A DNA stretch of 64,000 nucleotides from Psammoneis japonica (GCA_008632985.1 QPGO01000195.1:1-64000); one strand, 5' to 3'; shown: positions 25,640 through 38,950, numbered from the stretch's first letter. The notes: a model not told the origin generated them from the letters alone. Made by a program: numbers and translations.

Positions 25640-27260
25640 TTGTCGGATGTTCAAGAGAGTCTTGATCCATTCAAGTTGCTCTGCAAGCCGTTTGCGATCA
25701 CTGCTGAGTGCCGCTCACCCAAAATCAATTGTTTTTGCAGAGCTTGGATCTCTCTTGCTTTTCACAATGTTGCGCAGCTCGATGTCATTGTGAAGGACAC
25801 CCGCTTTGCTCAGAACTTCCGCTGCCCGGACGGCAGAACGCTTGAGTGCACCAGACAAATTTTCTATCCCAATGTCGTCAAAATCATCAAGTTCTTTCTC
25901 AATGCATGCCATTGCTGCACCAAGATGAGTGCTGTGTCCACGAAAGCGAGGAATCACCTCCTTGGCAGCTTCATTTCCTTCAAGGGCCTCGTAAATTGCT
26001 GCTTCGTTTGCCATTTCTTCAGCAACATGATTCATTTGCGGGTCACTTTGCAGCTTCACAATGATGGGTGGATCTTTCCTTGTTGTGAGCAAAAGGACAG
26101 AGTCAGTGCAATCACACACGTCACACTCCCACGGGCAAAGCGATGCCACCAGATTCTTTCCTTTGGCAACTCCGCCTCCTTTTCTGCTTCTACCTGCCCG
26201 ACCAGGATGAGTTCCAGACCTTGTGTCATCATGGGTGGGGGGAAGCCGTGGCATCTTCCGATGTTCAACTCTCCTCATCTTTTTTGGTGGAGCTTTTGAT
26301 GCAGACTGAGGATGAAGCACCACATCGTCAAGACGATGATCAGCGAAACCCACAATGGTTTTGATCGCCTGAAAAACAGAAGGAGATGTTTCCCCTTTTT
26401 CGAAGGCATGAGAGATTTTCAAGATGCCTTCTTGAGTTTGTTTGCAAAAGAACCAGCGTTTGCACAAATGAATGACACCGCAGCGATGCTTGTCTGCAAC
26501 CATCTGTCCACAGAACTGGCATGCCAGGTGGAAGACCTTTTTCTTTTCAACAGACCACGATTTTGGGAGGGGCACTTCAGCTTGCATCTTCATAGAATCA
26601 AAATCGTGAGGGACTTCCCACCCGTCAATGATGTCTTGCAGTGTGGTCAAAAACAAGAATTTCCAAAATGGTTTGGTTTCAAAAGGCATTCGGTGCAAGG
26701 ACACGACGACCCTCGTGTCATCTCAACGAAGTTGAGCTCTTTGTCCAGGTGGAAGAGATTCACATTCATCCACATGTCCAACCCCAAGTGCAGCAGGGTC
26801 TCTCACTTGAGCGATGAGATCGGGCTTTCCTGTCATCTGATGATTCTGCTGAGGGAAGACGATTCCTCCACAGACAGATCCCACTCATTTCGAGCAAATG
26901 CAGCCAAGATCGACTCGAGATGATTTGTTGCATCTTCCTCTCTGTTGACGGGGTTGAAATCACTTGTCACAAATTCTGGCCGCAGGGAAAAGTCAACATC
27001 GAGAGTTGAAAGGTTTTGAGGCTTCTGCCCTTCGGCTGCCACCAACTGATCAAAATCATCCCACAATTCAACCCCAATTGGAGTGTGTGAGTGTGCAGCC
27101 CATTCTGTCGACCCTTTGCCCTGGCCTGCAGCCGCAGCATTCTGGTGCTTCAGATCAGGCAGAGGCACATCTGCATGCTGCCAAAGCGTTTGCACAGGCA
27201 TGTGCCACCTGTGGACAATGATGGAGATTGTGGAGAGATCAGCAAAGCCAGAAGCCACTC
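25640..27260 (-). pseudogene. Disrupted restriction-endonuclease-like (PD-(D/E)xK) plus protein-kinase-like gene, Crinkler/RHS-effector-like architecture
   Basis: Kinase motifs IIVK, NEAAIYEAL, GVLHNDIELRNIV, IDFG; upstream GKPDLI...PFETK; the TGA after DFG (25715) reads through in frame, as if CGA->TGA. Confidence 0.6.
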
Positions 27261-29105
27261 ATTAAAAGAGATGGATGAGTGACACTCACAGTGTCAGATT
27301 GATGGGGAGTGACAGAAACTGAAGAAGAATTGAACTTCTTCAGTGGTCAACCTCCACAATGAACAAGGACACAGCAAACAGTGGTGGTGATTAATCATCA
27401 GCACAAATGCCAATGGATCACTCAATTCCTTGGTCAGGGAACAGAAATCTGTTGGCAACAATGGCACATTCTGGTTCGAGTGCCAAAGTGGGCTTGGGTT
27501 CAAGTCACACCAACCAAGTGTCCTGGCCGTCTGGGTGTCTGCACATCTGGGAATGCCACCACAGGCATGAGACCAGGCACTTCCACCTGGCTGGACCAAA
27601 AACTGTTCCTGACCTGGAACATGTGTCTCCATCACTGAAGGGGCACCTGCAATGGTCTCTGCATGGAGACTCATCCACCATCCACCATGCAGACAGCAGC
27701 AAGGTGTTTTGTGCTGGGTCTGGGCCAGAGTTCTGCTTGCCGCATCCACCTGATGTCATCAATGCTTGAGTGCAGAGCACAACAAGACTGAGCCACTCTT
27801 GTTCAAATTCTGTCATCCAACATGCTCGCTGATCTTCCTTGTGGTTTCTTCCATGTGACCATGTGCCTGTTGTCTCAACTTGGCAATGGCACCATGCACC
27901 CACTCCTTTGAATCTGTTGTGCTTCTGCACTCAGCTGTGTCCTCACCCATCTTTTCCAGGACTTGCACTTGAGTTCCATGGCTTGCCAGCAGCAGCTGTG
28001 CACTCTGTCTCACTGACCCTGACACAACCTTGCCAAGCCCTTGTTCAGCAGACCCTCAACAGCTTTTTCAATGGCAAGGCCCTCCAGAGATCATTTCTTT
28101 GCTCTTGTCAAGCCTGCTTGTTTGCTGCAATGTTCTGATGTGAGGCACACCTTTGGACTCCCATTGACTTCCCAGCCTTTTCCTTTGGATTCTTCTTGAC
28201 TTCCCAGCCCTTGTCTTTGGGCTCCTCCTCTCAAGTTCCCAGCCCTGTGATGATGCCACTCCTTTGAGTGTCATGCTGCACCTTTTTGGCTTCTGTGCTG
28301 GAGTTTCACAGCTTGCTGGTTGGCATGCATTTGGTCTCACTAACTCCCAACCCCCGTTTGGCTTTTTGCAAACACATTGCACCAAAGTGCTGTCAATCGC
28401 CATTGCCATGTCAACCGGTCAACAACCGGGTGCAGGGGCCAAAAGCTGAGCAAAAGACCTGCAACACACACAAACTGATCTGTGAGTGCAAACTTGCCAC
28501 ATGATTGTCCACAGTCACGAGCTCATCTTTCCACTGCAACTTTGTCTGTCTGTCAGCCTGTTCCAGCGCCAGGTGATGTGCAGCCGATCTCTTGCGCGAG
28601 AGTTCTTCAAATTTGATCTCCCTGAAAATCGAAAGGTGAGTGCGCAAAAAAAAAGAAAGTTTTGTGTGCAGTCACCCTTTGATTTGGAAAAAAAAATTGT
28701 GAAGGAGTTTGTTGTGCCAAATGTGAAAATGGGCCAGTGGTGGGAATCGAGCCTGCGTGCATCACCTGGGAGCTGGAGCAGGCCAAAACAGCACACTTCT
28801 TGCTTCGGGCACCAATCCTTTGCTGCCTCCTTCTACCTCACTGTCACTGCAGTGTGCTGGAAGTGTGGGTTAACCTGCGCCAGCTTTGCTGGACAATGGT
28901 GTAGCAGCACTTAAATGTCACATTTGTGTTTGTTCTTGTGTTGAGTCCTCGCTTTGTACAGTGCGGTGCGTGGCGGGCCTCGTCTCGGCGTTCGCCTGTC
29001 TGTGCATTCGAATCAGGCGGGAGATTCTCGCACCAATTTCGTTTCGCGCCACACGCACATCACAAAAAACGAGAAAGGTACGATTGTCAAAATGCGACGA
29101 CGACA

Positions 29106-30484
29106 ATGGTGTTGTTCCGTCGTACCACGTCGTTGACGCTTGGTTTTGTTTTACTACTGGTCGCTTCGTTCAAAAATGATGTTCATGGTTACGTGGTGCC
29201 CAAGATATCCAGTTGGTCCTCCCTGAAAACAAACAAATCAACTGGAAGAATGCGCAAGTACGTGGCAGAAGGTTGTTGCGTTTCGGCGGTTCAAAAATTG
29301 CCCAGCAACTCCTTTCGCGGCGGTTCTATTATAGTTTTCCGACCTTATCATGTTCTATAGCATAGTCTAGAAACTTACACTTTTTTTTTTGAACTCTCCA
29401 ACACAAAAGCTCTTTGCATTCGTCATTGAGAAATCCTAGTCAGCTGAAAATGTCGAGCGCAGTTGGTTTTATTGGCCTTGGTATCATGGGCGAAGGCATG
29501 GCAGCACGCCTCTTGTCTCAGGGGGTAGCCGGAGATAGTCCTGAAACGAAATTGGTAGTCTGGAATCGAACTGGCTCGAAATGCACGGCTCTCAAGGAAA
29601 AATTCCCCGACAAGCATGTTGAAATCAAGGAATCGCCACGTGAGGTGGTCCAAGCATGCGGCGTGACGTACTCCATGATGTCCACTCCAGAAGTAAGCAG
29701 AACCGTCTTTGAAGGGCCTGATGGGGTGCTTGCGGGTGTTTCAGATGGAAAATCAATTGTGGATTTCGCGACACTCGCAGAAACTGATATGCAGCGAATG
29801 AATGAGGCTGTCACGGAGAAAGGAGGGTAAGTTCCGGGAGTTGAAGCGATTTTCCTAGTTACTCTGAGTGCTGCCTTCTTAACGACTCGCGTTTACATTG
29901 CTCCACTATTTTGTAGTCGATTTTTGGAAGCTCCCGTATCGGGTTCCAAAGTCCCTGCAGCTACTGGAACACTCATATTCTTGTGCGCAGGCAACCAAGA
30001 CCTGTTTAATGAAATCAAAGACAGCGCTCTAACAGCCATGGGCAAGTCGAGTCAGTTCTTCGATACAGAAGTAGGACATGGTACCCGCGCCAAGTTGGTT
30101 ATCAATTCTCTCATGGGTACAATGGTGGCTGCATTCGGAGAAGGTCTGGCACTAAGCGAAGCTCTCGGCTTGGATGCCTCCACAATGATTGACGTGATTT
30201 CGCAAGGGGCCATTGCAAGCCCTGTCTATGCACTCAAGGGACCCAAAATGCTGGTGAAGGACCACGCACCAAACTTTCCACTGAAACACGCACACAAGGA
30301 CATGGCATTGGCTTCCGAATTGGCTAAACAGACGGGAGTAGAGTATTCAGTGATGAACCAAGCAGAACAGCTGTTTCGGGATGCGAGAGAGGACAGTGAC
30401 CTAGATGTTGCTGACCAGGACTTTAGTGCCGTCTATGAAAAGATCCACAAGGAGTCCGACAACGACTATTCTAACAAACGCTAA
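29106..30484 (+). CDS. GLYR: Glyoxylate/succinic semialdehyde reductase (3-hydroxyisobutyrate dehydrogenase family), possibly with a plastid-targeting first exon
   Basis: GFIGLGIMG Rossmann motif, FLEAPVSGSKVPA, AKLVINSLMG, FPLKHAHKD; intron 29827-29916; putative signal exon 29106-29257 (VHG|YVVP) splices in frame to 29410 or 29440; alternative start at 29450. Confidence 0.85.
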
Positions 30485-31138
30485 GTTTGAGTTCGCTAGC
30501 TAATGTGCAAATTTTTGCTATTTCTACCTGCGGTTGTTAGCTAGTTTCTGTTATATAGATAGCCTAGTGGTCTTCCGTGGTCGCCCATCAAATACAGTAA
30601 TGAATATAGCTGTGTCAAACTGGAGGGTACTCGAGAGGCTGGCACACACGAGGACGTGATGCTCAGTTTCCTGCACAATATTTGCATTGATTTTGTGAGC
30701 GGCGACACGTGTACTGCTCAAAGTTGAACGGAATCTTGTCAGCCAGTTCACGAAGCTGCGAAGGGAAAGTCCGATCTGACGTTCGTACTGGAACAACGTA
30801 GAATCTACGGAACACGTCACCCACTACCAATTCGTACGTGGTGACGTTCCCGGTTCTAGAGCGCGTCGTCGTCCGGGACTCAAATTTTGAGATTCTAGTC
30901 CGTGGTATTAGCGATACGTCATTATGGAATCCGTGACTTGAGAAGTTAACATCTCTAAGTACCGTCATTGTCGGAAGCACGAAACCGCCGACCTCCGACC
31001 AACGATAACGCCCACCATCTTTTGCGAAGGATCGGAATGCAATCGTCATAATACACGAAGCGTAAGACGGGAGGTGTTTGTGTAATCTATCGAGGCAGAC
31101 ACCATCAGCCCCGTCTCCGATCTCACATACTTTCTGCT

Positions 31139-33164
31139 ATGACCATCAAAACTATTCGTAAAACTTCGTCAGAGCTTGCCTTGGCCTCGATCAGGTTAGT
31201 CCTCCTTCTAATAACAAGGATCTATCCAAAGTCCCGTGTTGCGATGTGTATGTCCCGGATGCAGTATACACACGTTGGGATCGTGGTCAAGCTGTGCCCC
31301 GAGTGTATTCGAGACTTACTTTTCACACTGAGCATCTGGAACTTGTTGGGGGGCGCATCCATCATCTATGATATTTTGAGATTCACTTTCTCACAAAGGC
31401 CTTTTACTGTTTTTTTTGTCGCTGTAGGGACGAGGCGTCGGCTACCAAGCTTGAAAAGGCTACATTACCAGCTTCTATTGTAGGGGCATGGTCTTCTCTT
31501 CCAGAAGATGTCAGGGCAGCTCTTGTGTCTTCGGAACTCTCCTCCAACAGCAGTGCTGTAACTCGAGCTAGCTCTCTCTCGTTATCGAGTATGGCTTCTA
31601 GTAGTAGTGACAATTCGGAGCAGGAAAAGTCCGAAACTGACGTCTTCGAAGAGGAGTGCCCCGAAACGGGTACAAAAGTGGTCATGCGACCTTTGGAACG
31701 TGCTCCCAACAACGTCTTTGAGTTCACAAAGACTAGCACTCGCGAAAATGTCGAAGTAAGGAAGGAGAAGGCCGCAACGGTTACGACAAAGACAACCGTA
31801 GTTACGACCGGAAGGGGCTGGAGAAATGTGTTTTCGTTACCCATTTCTTACGATGTAAATATGGTTCCACATGGGACTCTACTAGATGCTGCAAATCCTC
31901 AGCTACTTGAAGCCACTGGTGTTCATCCTGAGGGATACAACCGGCGGTTCGCTGTAATCGATGCCGATGTCGATCGTATTTATGGTAACAAGATTCGTGA
32001 CTACTTTGTGCAGCATGGCATCGACCTTACAACATGCATCCTCAATGGTGGTGAACCCGACAAACGTCCAGCTGTAAGTTATCGTGTTTGGATTTCTGCT
32101 TGCGATTTTTCTCGCTGAATTGTCTCCTTTTCTCGTTCCTCACACATACTGCAACTTGTCCATTTGCCAGGCTGTTGATGCATTGCTTGACGAGCTTTGT
32201 GCCTACAAACTCCGTCGTCGCGAACCATTCCTCGCCATTGGTGGTGGCGTTCTTTTGGATATTGCCGGTATGGGCGCATGTCTGTACCGCCGTGGAGTTC
32301 CCTTTGTCCGTGTGCCTACAACACTCTTGGCAATCGTTGATGCCAGTGTGGGTGTCAAGAATGGCGTCGACTATTGCTGTGCGGTGACTGATGAAACCTA
32401 CAAGAATCGTGTTGGTTCGTTTTATGCGCCTTCCTCGTGCTTGTTGGACAATTCCTTCATTGCCACCCAGGACCGTCGCAATGTATCAAACGGATTTGGA
32501 GAAATTCTGAAGCTTGCTCTTGTCCGTTCGCCGGACTTGTTTGAGTTGCTGGAAACACATGGCGCGGCCCTTGTAGAGTCGCGTTTTGCCAAAACCGCGA
32601 CTGTACCGGATGGAGTCAGCGACCGTATTATTGATTTGTCGATTCAAATCATGCTGGAAGAATTGGGACCTAATCTTTGGGAAACCAAGTTGGATCGTTG
32701 TGTCGACTACGGTAAGGTCTTGCCAGTTTACTGGGATAATAATACGCTGTCTTGCTTTTATGATTAACGACAAACTCACCGGCCTGTTGATATTTTCTTC
32801 TTCAGGTCACACCTTTTCGAAGCTGTTAGAGATGGTTCCTGGGGCCGACATTATGCATGGGGAGGCGGTAAATGTAGATGGCTTCTTCTGCTGTATTCTA
32901 AGCTTTCTCAGGGGTTACATTACGATGGAGACGGTCCAACGCATCTTTGCATGCATGCAATCCCTGTCGCTTCCAACCAACTCGGCTAATCTTGAGTCGG
33001 ATTTGGCTTGGCAAAGCTGTAAGGATGCTGTGGAGCATCGTCATGGGGAGCAACGCGTTCCGCTGATTACGGATATCGGCGAAAGCATTTGCGTTAGTGA
33101 CATTTGCCCCGAAGAGCTGGAACGGGCGTTGGAAATAATGAAAGACTTTCCGCACGTCATGTAA
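31139..33164 (+). CDS. Sedoheptulose 7-phosphate cyclase, 2-epi-5-epi-valiolone synthase (EEVS)-type (DHQS-like family)
   Basis: AIGGGVLLDIAG, RRGVPFVRVPTTLL.IVDASVGVKN, MLEELGPNLWETKLDRCVDYGHTFS, HGEAV; in-frame introns 31195-31427, 32074-32170 and 32712-32805. Confidence 0.85.
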
Positions 33165-33456
33165 AGAGTGTTAAAAATGATGACGAGGGGATTGTTCAGT
33201 CATGGGAAGACTAGCTTGATGAACACAACGTCATGGACAAATCATAATATGCACGGAATGGAAAGCTATGTACAGACAACATAAAAATTGCTACGCACAT
33301 ATCTCTTTATTTGTAACACTGATGAGCTAAACGACAATGGACACGTTTAAAAATAACCTTGTAATTACTATCAAAAGATTAGTTCATGTTACTGAACAGA
33401 TACTCGTAAACACACACAGACCCATCTTCCGACTACCGCTAACATCGCTAACGTTT

Positions 33457-34536
33457 TCACAAAACGCTTTCCCAACCACGACGAATCCAAGAAATTGGCC
33501 CAGCGTCCTGCTTGATCTTTGCCGCATCCGGAGTTTGCTTGCGACTTGCCGCAGCATCCTCTGCCTTGTTGTTCAACAGATTGACCATTGCCTGCCCGAA
33601 CGCTTGTCCCATTTTAAAATATGTATCGGCACGCTCATAGTAGTGGTGGATGCCGCCATAGAGGGGTGCTCCAGTGACGTGCGCAAACGGTGCTGTTGGA
33701 ACAAAGCTCGTATAGTCATCCATGACGGTCGCAAAGTACTGCGATGCTCTCATGGCGTGTACACGATCGCAACCTGGTCCCGTACAATTCAATGTGTGCA
33801 TGCCTAGTTCTCCAACAATGGCAGGCAAGTCTGAAATGTTGAGTTCCTTCCTGATATCAGCCAACAAATTGACGAGATTGGACTCGTATTCCTTGACAAA
33901 GGGCCAGTCCAATAGATCGTTCCATCCTTGAAACCACACAAATCCCTCAATTTCATATGATCCGTCGCTGGTTGGTACATAGGTCTCAATGTTTTCGAGT
34001 GCTTCATTGATTTCATCCACCATTGCACGATATTCCCATCCGTAGTGGCTCGGTTTGACGCCTTCAAAGTCTCCCTCCCCGGAACTGGGAGGCCGAAAGT
34101 CAACAGCCAGAGTACGGCCTCCAAACGCAGTCTTGACGAGAAAGACAGTCTCATTGACATAATGATCTCCAAGCACCCATCCAAAAAGCAACTCTGGCCC
34201 AAAGTGACCTTGTGCTGCAAAGTCCTTGTTTACCGTCAATTGTCCGTGGGCATCCTCAAACTTGACATAGACGTTTTCTCGCACCTTGTACGTTCCCGAA
34301 GTTTCATTCCAAAGAGTAGACCGGTACATGTTGTGAGGACAAGAGCAATTCTGTACCAACATATCCAGGTGTTTCATGTTGCCCATGCCAACCATATTGG
34401 ACTGTCCAGCCAAAACAAACACATGGATCGGTTTCGTGCCATCGTCATGAACGTCGGGGATTTGGGGACTTGCATGTGCAGAGCTGACAGCAAAGGAGAT
34501 GAGGAGCAAAATCAAAATGAAACGCAATCCAGACAT
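33457..34536 (-). CDS. Secreted SGNH hydrolase, sialate O-acetylesterase / CE6 (SASA domain)-like
   Basis: Signal peptide MSGLRFILILLLISFAVSSAHA; FVLAGQSNM, FGPEL, WFQGWND, IHHY motifs; intact ORF with normal TA/CG content. Confidence 0.85.
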   Translation of the reverse strand: MSGLRFILILLLISFAVSSAHASPQIPDVHDDGTKPIHVFVLAGQSNMVGMGNMKHLDMLVQNCSCPHNMYRSTLWNETSGTYKVRENVYVKFEDAHGQLTVNKDFAAQGHFGPELLFGWVLGDHYVNETVFLVKTAFGGRTLAVDFRPPSSGEGDFEGVKPSHYGWEYRAMVDEINEALENIETYVPTSDGSYEIEGFVWFQGWNDLLDWPFVKEYESNLVNLLADIRKELNISDLPAIVGELGMHTLNCTGPGCDRVHAMRASQYFATVMDDYTSFVPTAPFAHVTGAPLYGGIHHYYERADTYFKMGQAFGQAMVNLLNNKAEDAAASRKQTPDAAKIKQDAGPISWIRRGWESVL

Positions 34537-37500
34537 GATGAGACACAGAAAGACGCGCTCTGGAGTCGTAACAGTGCGACAGGCCGCCATTGTCATGTGC
34601 CCCAGCAAGTTCAAAGTGACAAAAGCAAGATCGCGCTGTAGGAACGAAGAGATGTGTAAAGATCGATCGCGAAACTTTCGCGGACTCGAAAGATTCCTGA
34701 TGCCGCCAGCGGCGGCAACATGTTCACACACAAGCTTGGATCTACCTCTGCCACTCTAGAGTGGCCAGCCAATGGCAGCTGCTAGTAGCTAGCTAGAGTG
34801 GTAGACTAGAGTGGGGCCCTAAGAAACTCGCAAGAATTCGGCCTTGCCCCCGATGGAATCTTCAACTCGACCATGAACTTTTCGCAAAAATGAGCGGCGA
34901 CGCCTCGCCGATGCTGACACCTTCATCAAGCGGACAACATGTTCTTCAATGTGAGGTGAAGCTGCACCCAGCTTGTTGACCAATTGCAACATGGGCACTG
35001 ACCCTGTTGGGTTGCAGAAAGTCGATGAGGTGGTTGGTTTGTGTTCATTGTCATCATCGTCATGTCAAGTGCCAGCACATGGGTGAAAGCAGCAGCGATC
35101 CTTCGGCTGCCATTGCCTCATTTTCGAGACCCAGTGGGAAGAAAAAGCAGCAGCAGCTGTGCCAAAAGAAAAAGAAGAAACCAGCTTTTTCTTCTGAGAC
35201 ATCAGATCCATCAACAGCAGGCCAGAACAGCACCAGCTTCTGTGCCCATGGCGGGCCAGCACACTCACAGCAATGTGACAGCGCGAAGGCTGGCTGGAAT
35301 GTGCCCAGAGGTGCAGCCCATCAAAAGGCTGCAGGCAGAGTTTGCCAAACTTGTGTGTGACCTTTGTTCACACCACAAAGTGTCTCTGCCCCACTTTTGA
35401 GCCAGCGTGAGTCTGTCAGTGGTTGTTGTGGACATTGACAACCTTTGCAAGTTTCTGCTTGTGATTCACTCAACAAGCTTGTGCATGATGGTGATTGTCA
35501 AATCATCAAGCTGAGTGCAGAAAAAACATTTGGCAGTGATTGTGGTGGAAAGGGGTGCACAAAAGTTGGCCACAAAGAATTAAAAGAATGACAGCATGAG
35601 CATGTGAGAGTCATTTGTTGCCCCAGCATTGCATCAGTGCACTGCCTTGCATCATTTGCTTGTGCACCAGTGCTTCATGTGGCCACATTGCCATGCACAA
35701 CCATGGCACACATGCAAAATGTGTGTCAATCAGCACTTGCACAGCATTTCTTTGTTTGTGATGAAAATTGCCAAGTCATGGAGCAGAGTGTGGAAAGAAG
35801 GACTTGATGACATTGTGGTGGAGAGGGGCGAACAAGAGCTCATGTGGAATTTTAAGAATTGTGCAGCAACCATTTTTTTGTGATGCTGGCACATGTCTCA
35901 CAACAAATGTCACAAGGTGTTTCACACCATGATTTCTTTGTTTGCCATGAAAAAGACTGAGCAAGGATTGCTGTCAGGTGGACAAGCAGTGCACATTTGC
36001 ACAGCATGTCAGTCAGTGCTCAAGCATTGTTTTTTTGTTTGCAGTGCCAAGAGTGCACTCTTCATTCTTGAGAAGAATCAAGTCAAGATGTCTGTCCCTC
36101 CTTTTGCAAAGATCTCTGCAGGACTCCTCTTTCCACCTTGTCTTTTGCAAGCTGGAGCTTGTCTTTTTGTCAAGCTTGCTCATTTTGGTGAATGCTGTGT
36201 GCTCCCTGTCACTCGCAGCTGCTGCCAGAATGCTGTCTGATGGCCTCCCATTTAGACTGCTTCATCTCAAGCAAAAGGTTTTGCTCATTTCCAGCTGAAA
36301 CAGACTCCACAAGCTCACGAGCCCTGCTGCCTTTTGTGGAGACATCATTGCCCTGTGTGCTCTTTTTTTTTATGATGATGTGGGTCTGACCAAGTGTGCT
36401 GCACTCCTGTCATCTGGTTTGCTCCTTGCACCTTGCTGTTGGCAAGGTTGTTTTTGTGACATTCTGTCACATGCACTCTTTCTCTGTGGCCTGCATTGGC
36501 TGCTGCCTGCTCTCTGGCAGACACAGACATCACAGATCAGGGGAGGGTGTTGGCTTGCTGGATCCATGGGTGATGGCCAGACCCAGATGCCCAAGCAGAT
36601 CTCCCTGAGATCTGTTGCTCACTTTCTTTCTGACCAGCACTGTGTCATCATCACTGTCCCACAGCACATGTTAGATTGTGCCAGCAGACCCTCTGTCTGT
36701 TGGCCCCTCCCAAATGGACTTGGCTGTCCTCTTTTCAAGGCACTGAATCAGGAGTGGCATCACACAGCTTGTGCCCCTTGCAAAGCTCATTTTCATCAAC
36801 TGTTCTGCAGCGGGCTCTTCCATGTTGTTTGTTTCTGGTTCCTCAGTCACCCGTTGCACTGCACAGAGAGGAGCCCATCATGATGACCTTGAAAATGTGG
36901 CATCTGCTGCAATGAGGGGGTCTTCACTCTGGCTCACACACCTTCCACAGCAAGGAACAAATTGTCCTGCTGGAATTCATCCCAGCACAGAAACTTGGCT
37001 TCTCTGCCACAAACAACTGCAAGAGACATGAGCACCAGCTTTGCACAACCACAACATGCACCTGGCTTGTCTTGATGAATGACATTTTTGCTGATGGATT
37101 TGAGGTCAACACCAAGCATCTTGTGGCTGCCGCAGCTTGCAGCTTGCTTGGAGCTTTTTAAGAGAACTGCAAACTGGAAGTGCCCCACAGGTTGGGTCTT
37201 TGATTTTTTCATTGCCTTTGATGAGAAGGCTGTGCTTTTTACCCTTGCCCAGGCTGTCTTGCAGCTTGGCACACCCCAGCTCTCCACATGGTTGTCCCAC
37301 ATGTCCAGGTTGAGGTCCTGTTCCTTGTTGTCTCTTTGATGCTTCAAAAACATTGTTTTGTGGATCATTCCCCCATGATCTTCCAAGTGTTGCTCTGTTT
37401 CAGAACAGGCGCACCTTTCATCCACCAAGACAGACCAGCGGAGCTCTTCATGATGGCCTCACCTTTTGCTTCCTCCTTGTCAGTGCATCCAATTCATCAA

Positions 37501-37949
37501 AGAGAGCCTTGTCATTTTCTTTTTCACACACCACTCAAAAAGTTTGATTGCCAACCCTTGGGAAAGCTGTGTTCTGCCAGCCCTGGCAAGATTGTCTGCT
37601 GCAGCACTTGTGTTGCTTGTTGCTGCAGTGCTGCTGCTGCCAGCAACACTGGGAATGGCTTTGCCACACCCAAAGACCAGCAATGAGCAAACTGCAGACC
37701 GGCAGTCAAAGCTGAGACAGGAGACACACACAAAGTTCTGCCACAGGAGCATGTTGTGCAGAAGACACTTGCTGAGAGTTGCTTCACCTTTCAAAGCAAA
37801 AGACTGGCTCCCCTGTTGTGGCCCCATCTCTTGGGTTTGTCCATCTTCGCTTTTGATTGTGCATGACAATTGGTGGTGCAAAAGGTCATGATGACATGGC
37901 TTCTCACCACAGCTCACATCCCCCCAGCAACATGTCTTGGATGAACCAG

Positions 37950-38950
37950 AGCTGTGGCAACATGCCACAGCACTTTGGTGATGACCCCATGTTCAGCTGC
38001 AATTTGGTGGAACAAGACACTGTCCAGGGCATGGCGGAGGCTGCCACAATTGCTGTGGAGGAAAGGCATCATGGCAAAGCAACTGCAGCTCATGAGTGGT
38101 GCAAGAACACATCACAGCACTTGGCTTGTCCTGCATTTTTTTGTGACAAAGGCACAGCATGTTTGGCATGCTCCCATGTGGGAGCTGTTCCATGCTTTGT
38201 GCTTGGGCCTTTGCAAACATTTCCTCCATGCCTTCTTCAACCTTTGCCAAGTCACAGAAAACATGCTGTCATGTTGTTGCAACTGTTTTCGTGATGGGAA
38301 ATTCACAATGCACAGAGCTGTCCTTAAGGAGTGCCCCAAGGTGTTCGACAAAGCTGAGTTCAAGAAATGTTTCAGAGTTGCAACAAATGCATCCAGAAGG
38401 CAAAGTGATTGGAAGATGGCAAGAACTCCATTTAAGAATGGAGTCACTTGGCAGACTCATCTGTCTGGCCAAAAGCACCCTGGTCTGTTGCTCACAACAC
38501 TTGCTGCAATGACAGGTGTGCTTTTGAAGGAAGATGAGAGCCTGGAGCTGCTGGAGAGTCACTTTGCCCACCTGATGTTCATGTCTTTGAGATTGGATGT
38601 GGCATTGTCCCTCTCTCACACAAGGAAAGCTTTCTCACTCAGCTTCAGAAATGCACTCTCAAGCATCTTAAATTGTTCTGATTTGTTGTTGGCACACTCA
38701 GAGAGTGGCACTCTCAGTCTGAACTTTGCATGTCCAAGTTCCATGGTTTTCTTCATTTTCTCTTTTGTGCTCATCAGTGCAGCAATGCCAACATTTTTTT
38801 GCAGGTTTCTGTGAAGCTCTTCCAAAGATGCTTTTGAAATGGCCTGCCAATTGTGACAAGGACCACAACCACGGGAAGCTTTCTGGCTGCAACATTGAAG
38901 AGATGATGGAGAGTGGTCGTGACCTTGACAGCCAAGATGAAAAACGAAAC
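37950..38950 (+). pseudogene. Plavaka-like transposase fragment
   Basis: RRQSDWKMARTPFKNGVT..THLSGQKHPGLLL, then in shifted frames KFHGFLHF and E.LPK..LKWPA, resembling Plavaka-type transposase motifs as recalled from memory. Confidence 0.45.

Larger units (their letters stand above)
21510..28900. mobile_element. Hypermutated block 2: mosaic of decayed elements
   Basis: TA nearly absent throughout; CG low at 21.5-25.3 and 27.1-28.5 kb and higher at 25.3-27.0 kb. Confidence 0.75.

Noticed and set aside
21510..28900. Classical fungal RIP as the explanation for the blocks
   Set aside because: RIP enriches TpA, depletes CpA/TpG and lowers GC; the opposite is seen here
30551..31049. Short minus-strand ORFs between GLYR and EEVS
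   Set aside because: No motifs; compatible with chance intergenic ORFs
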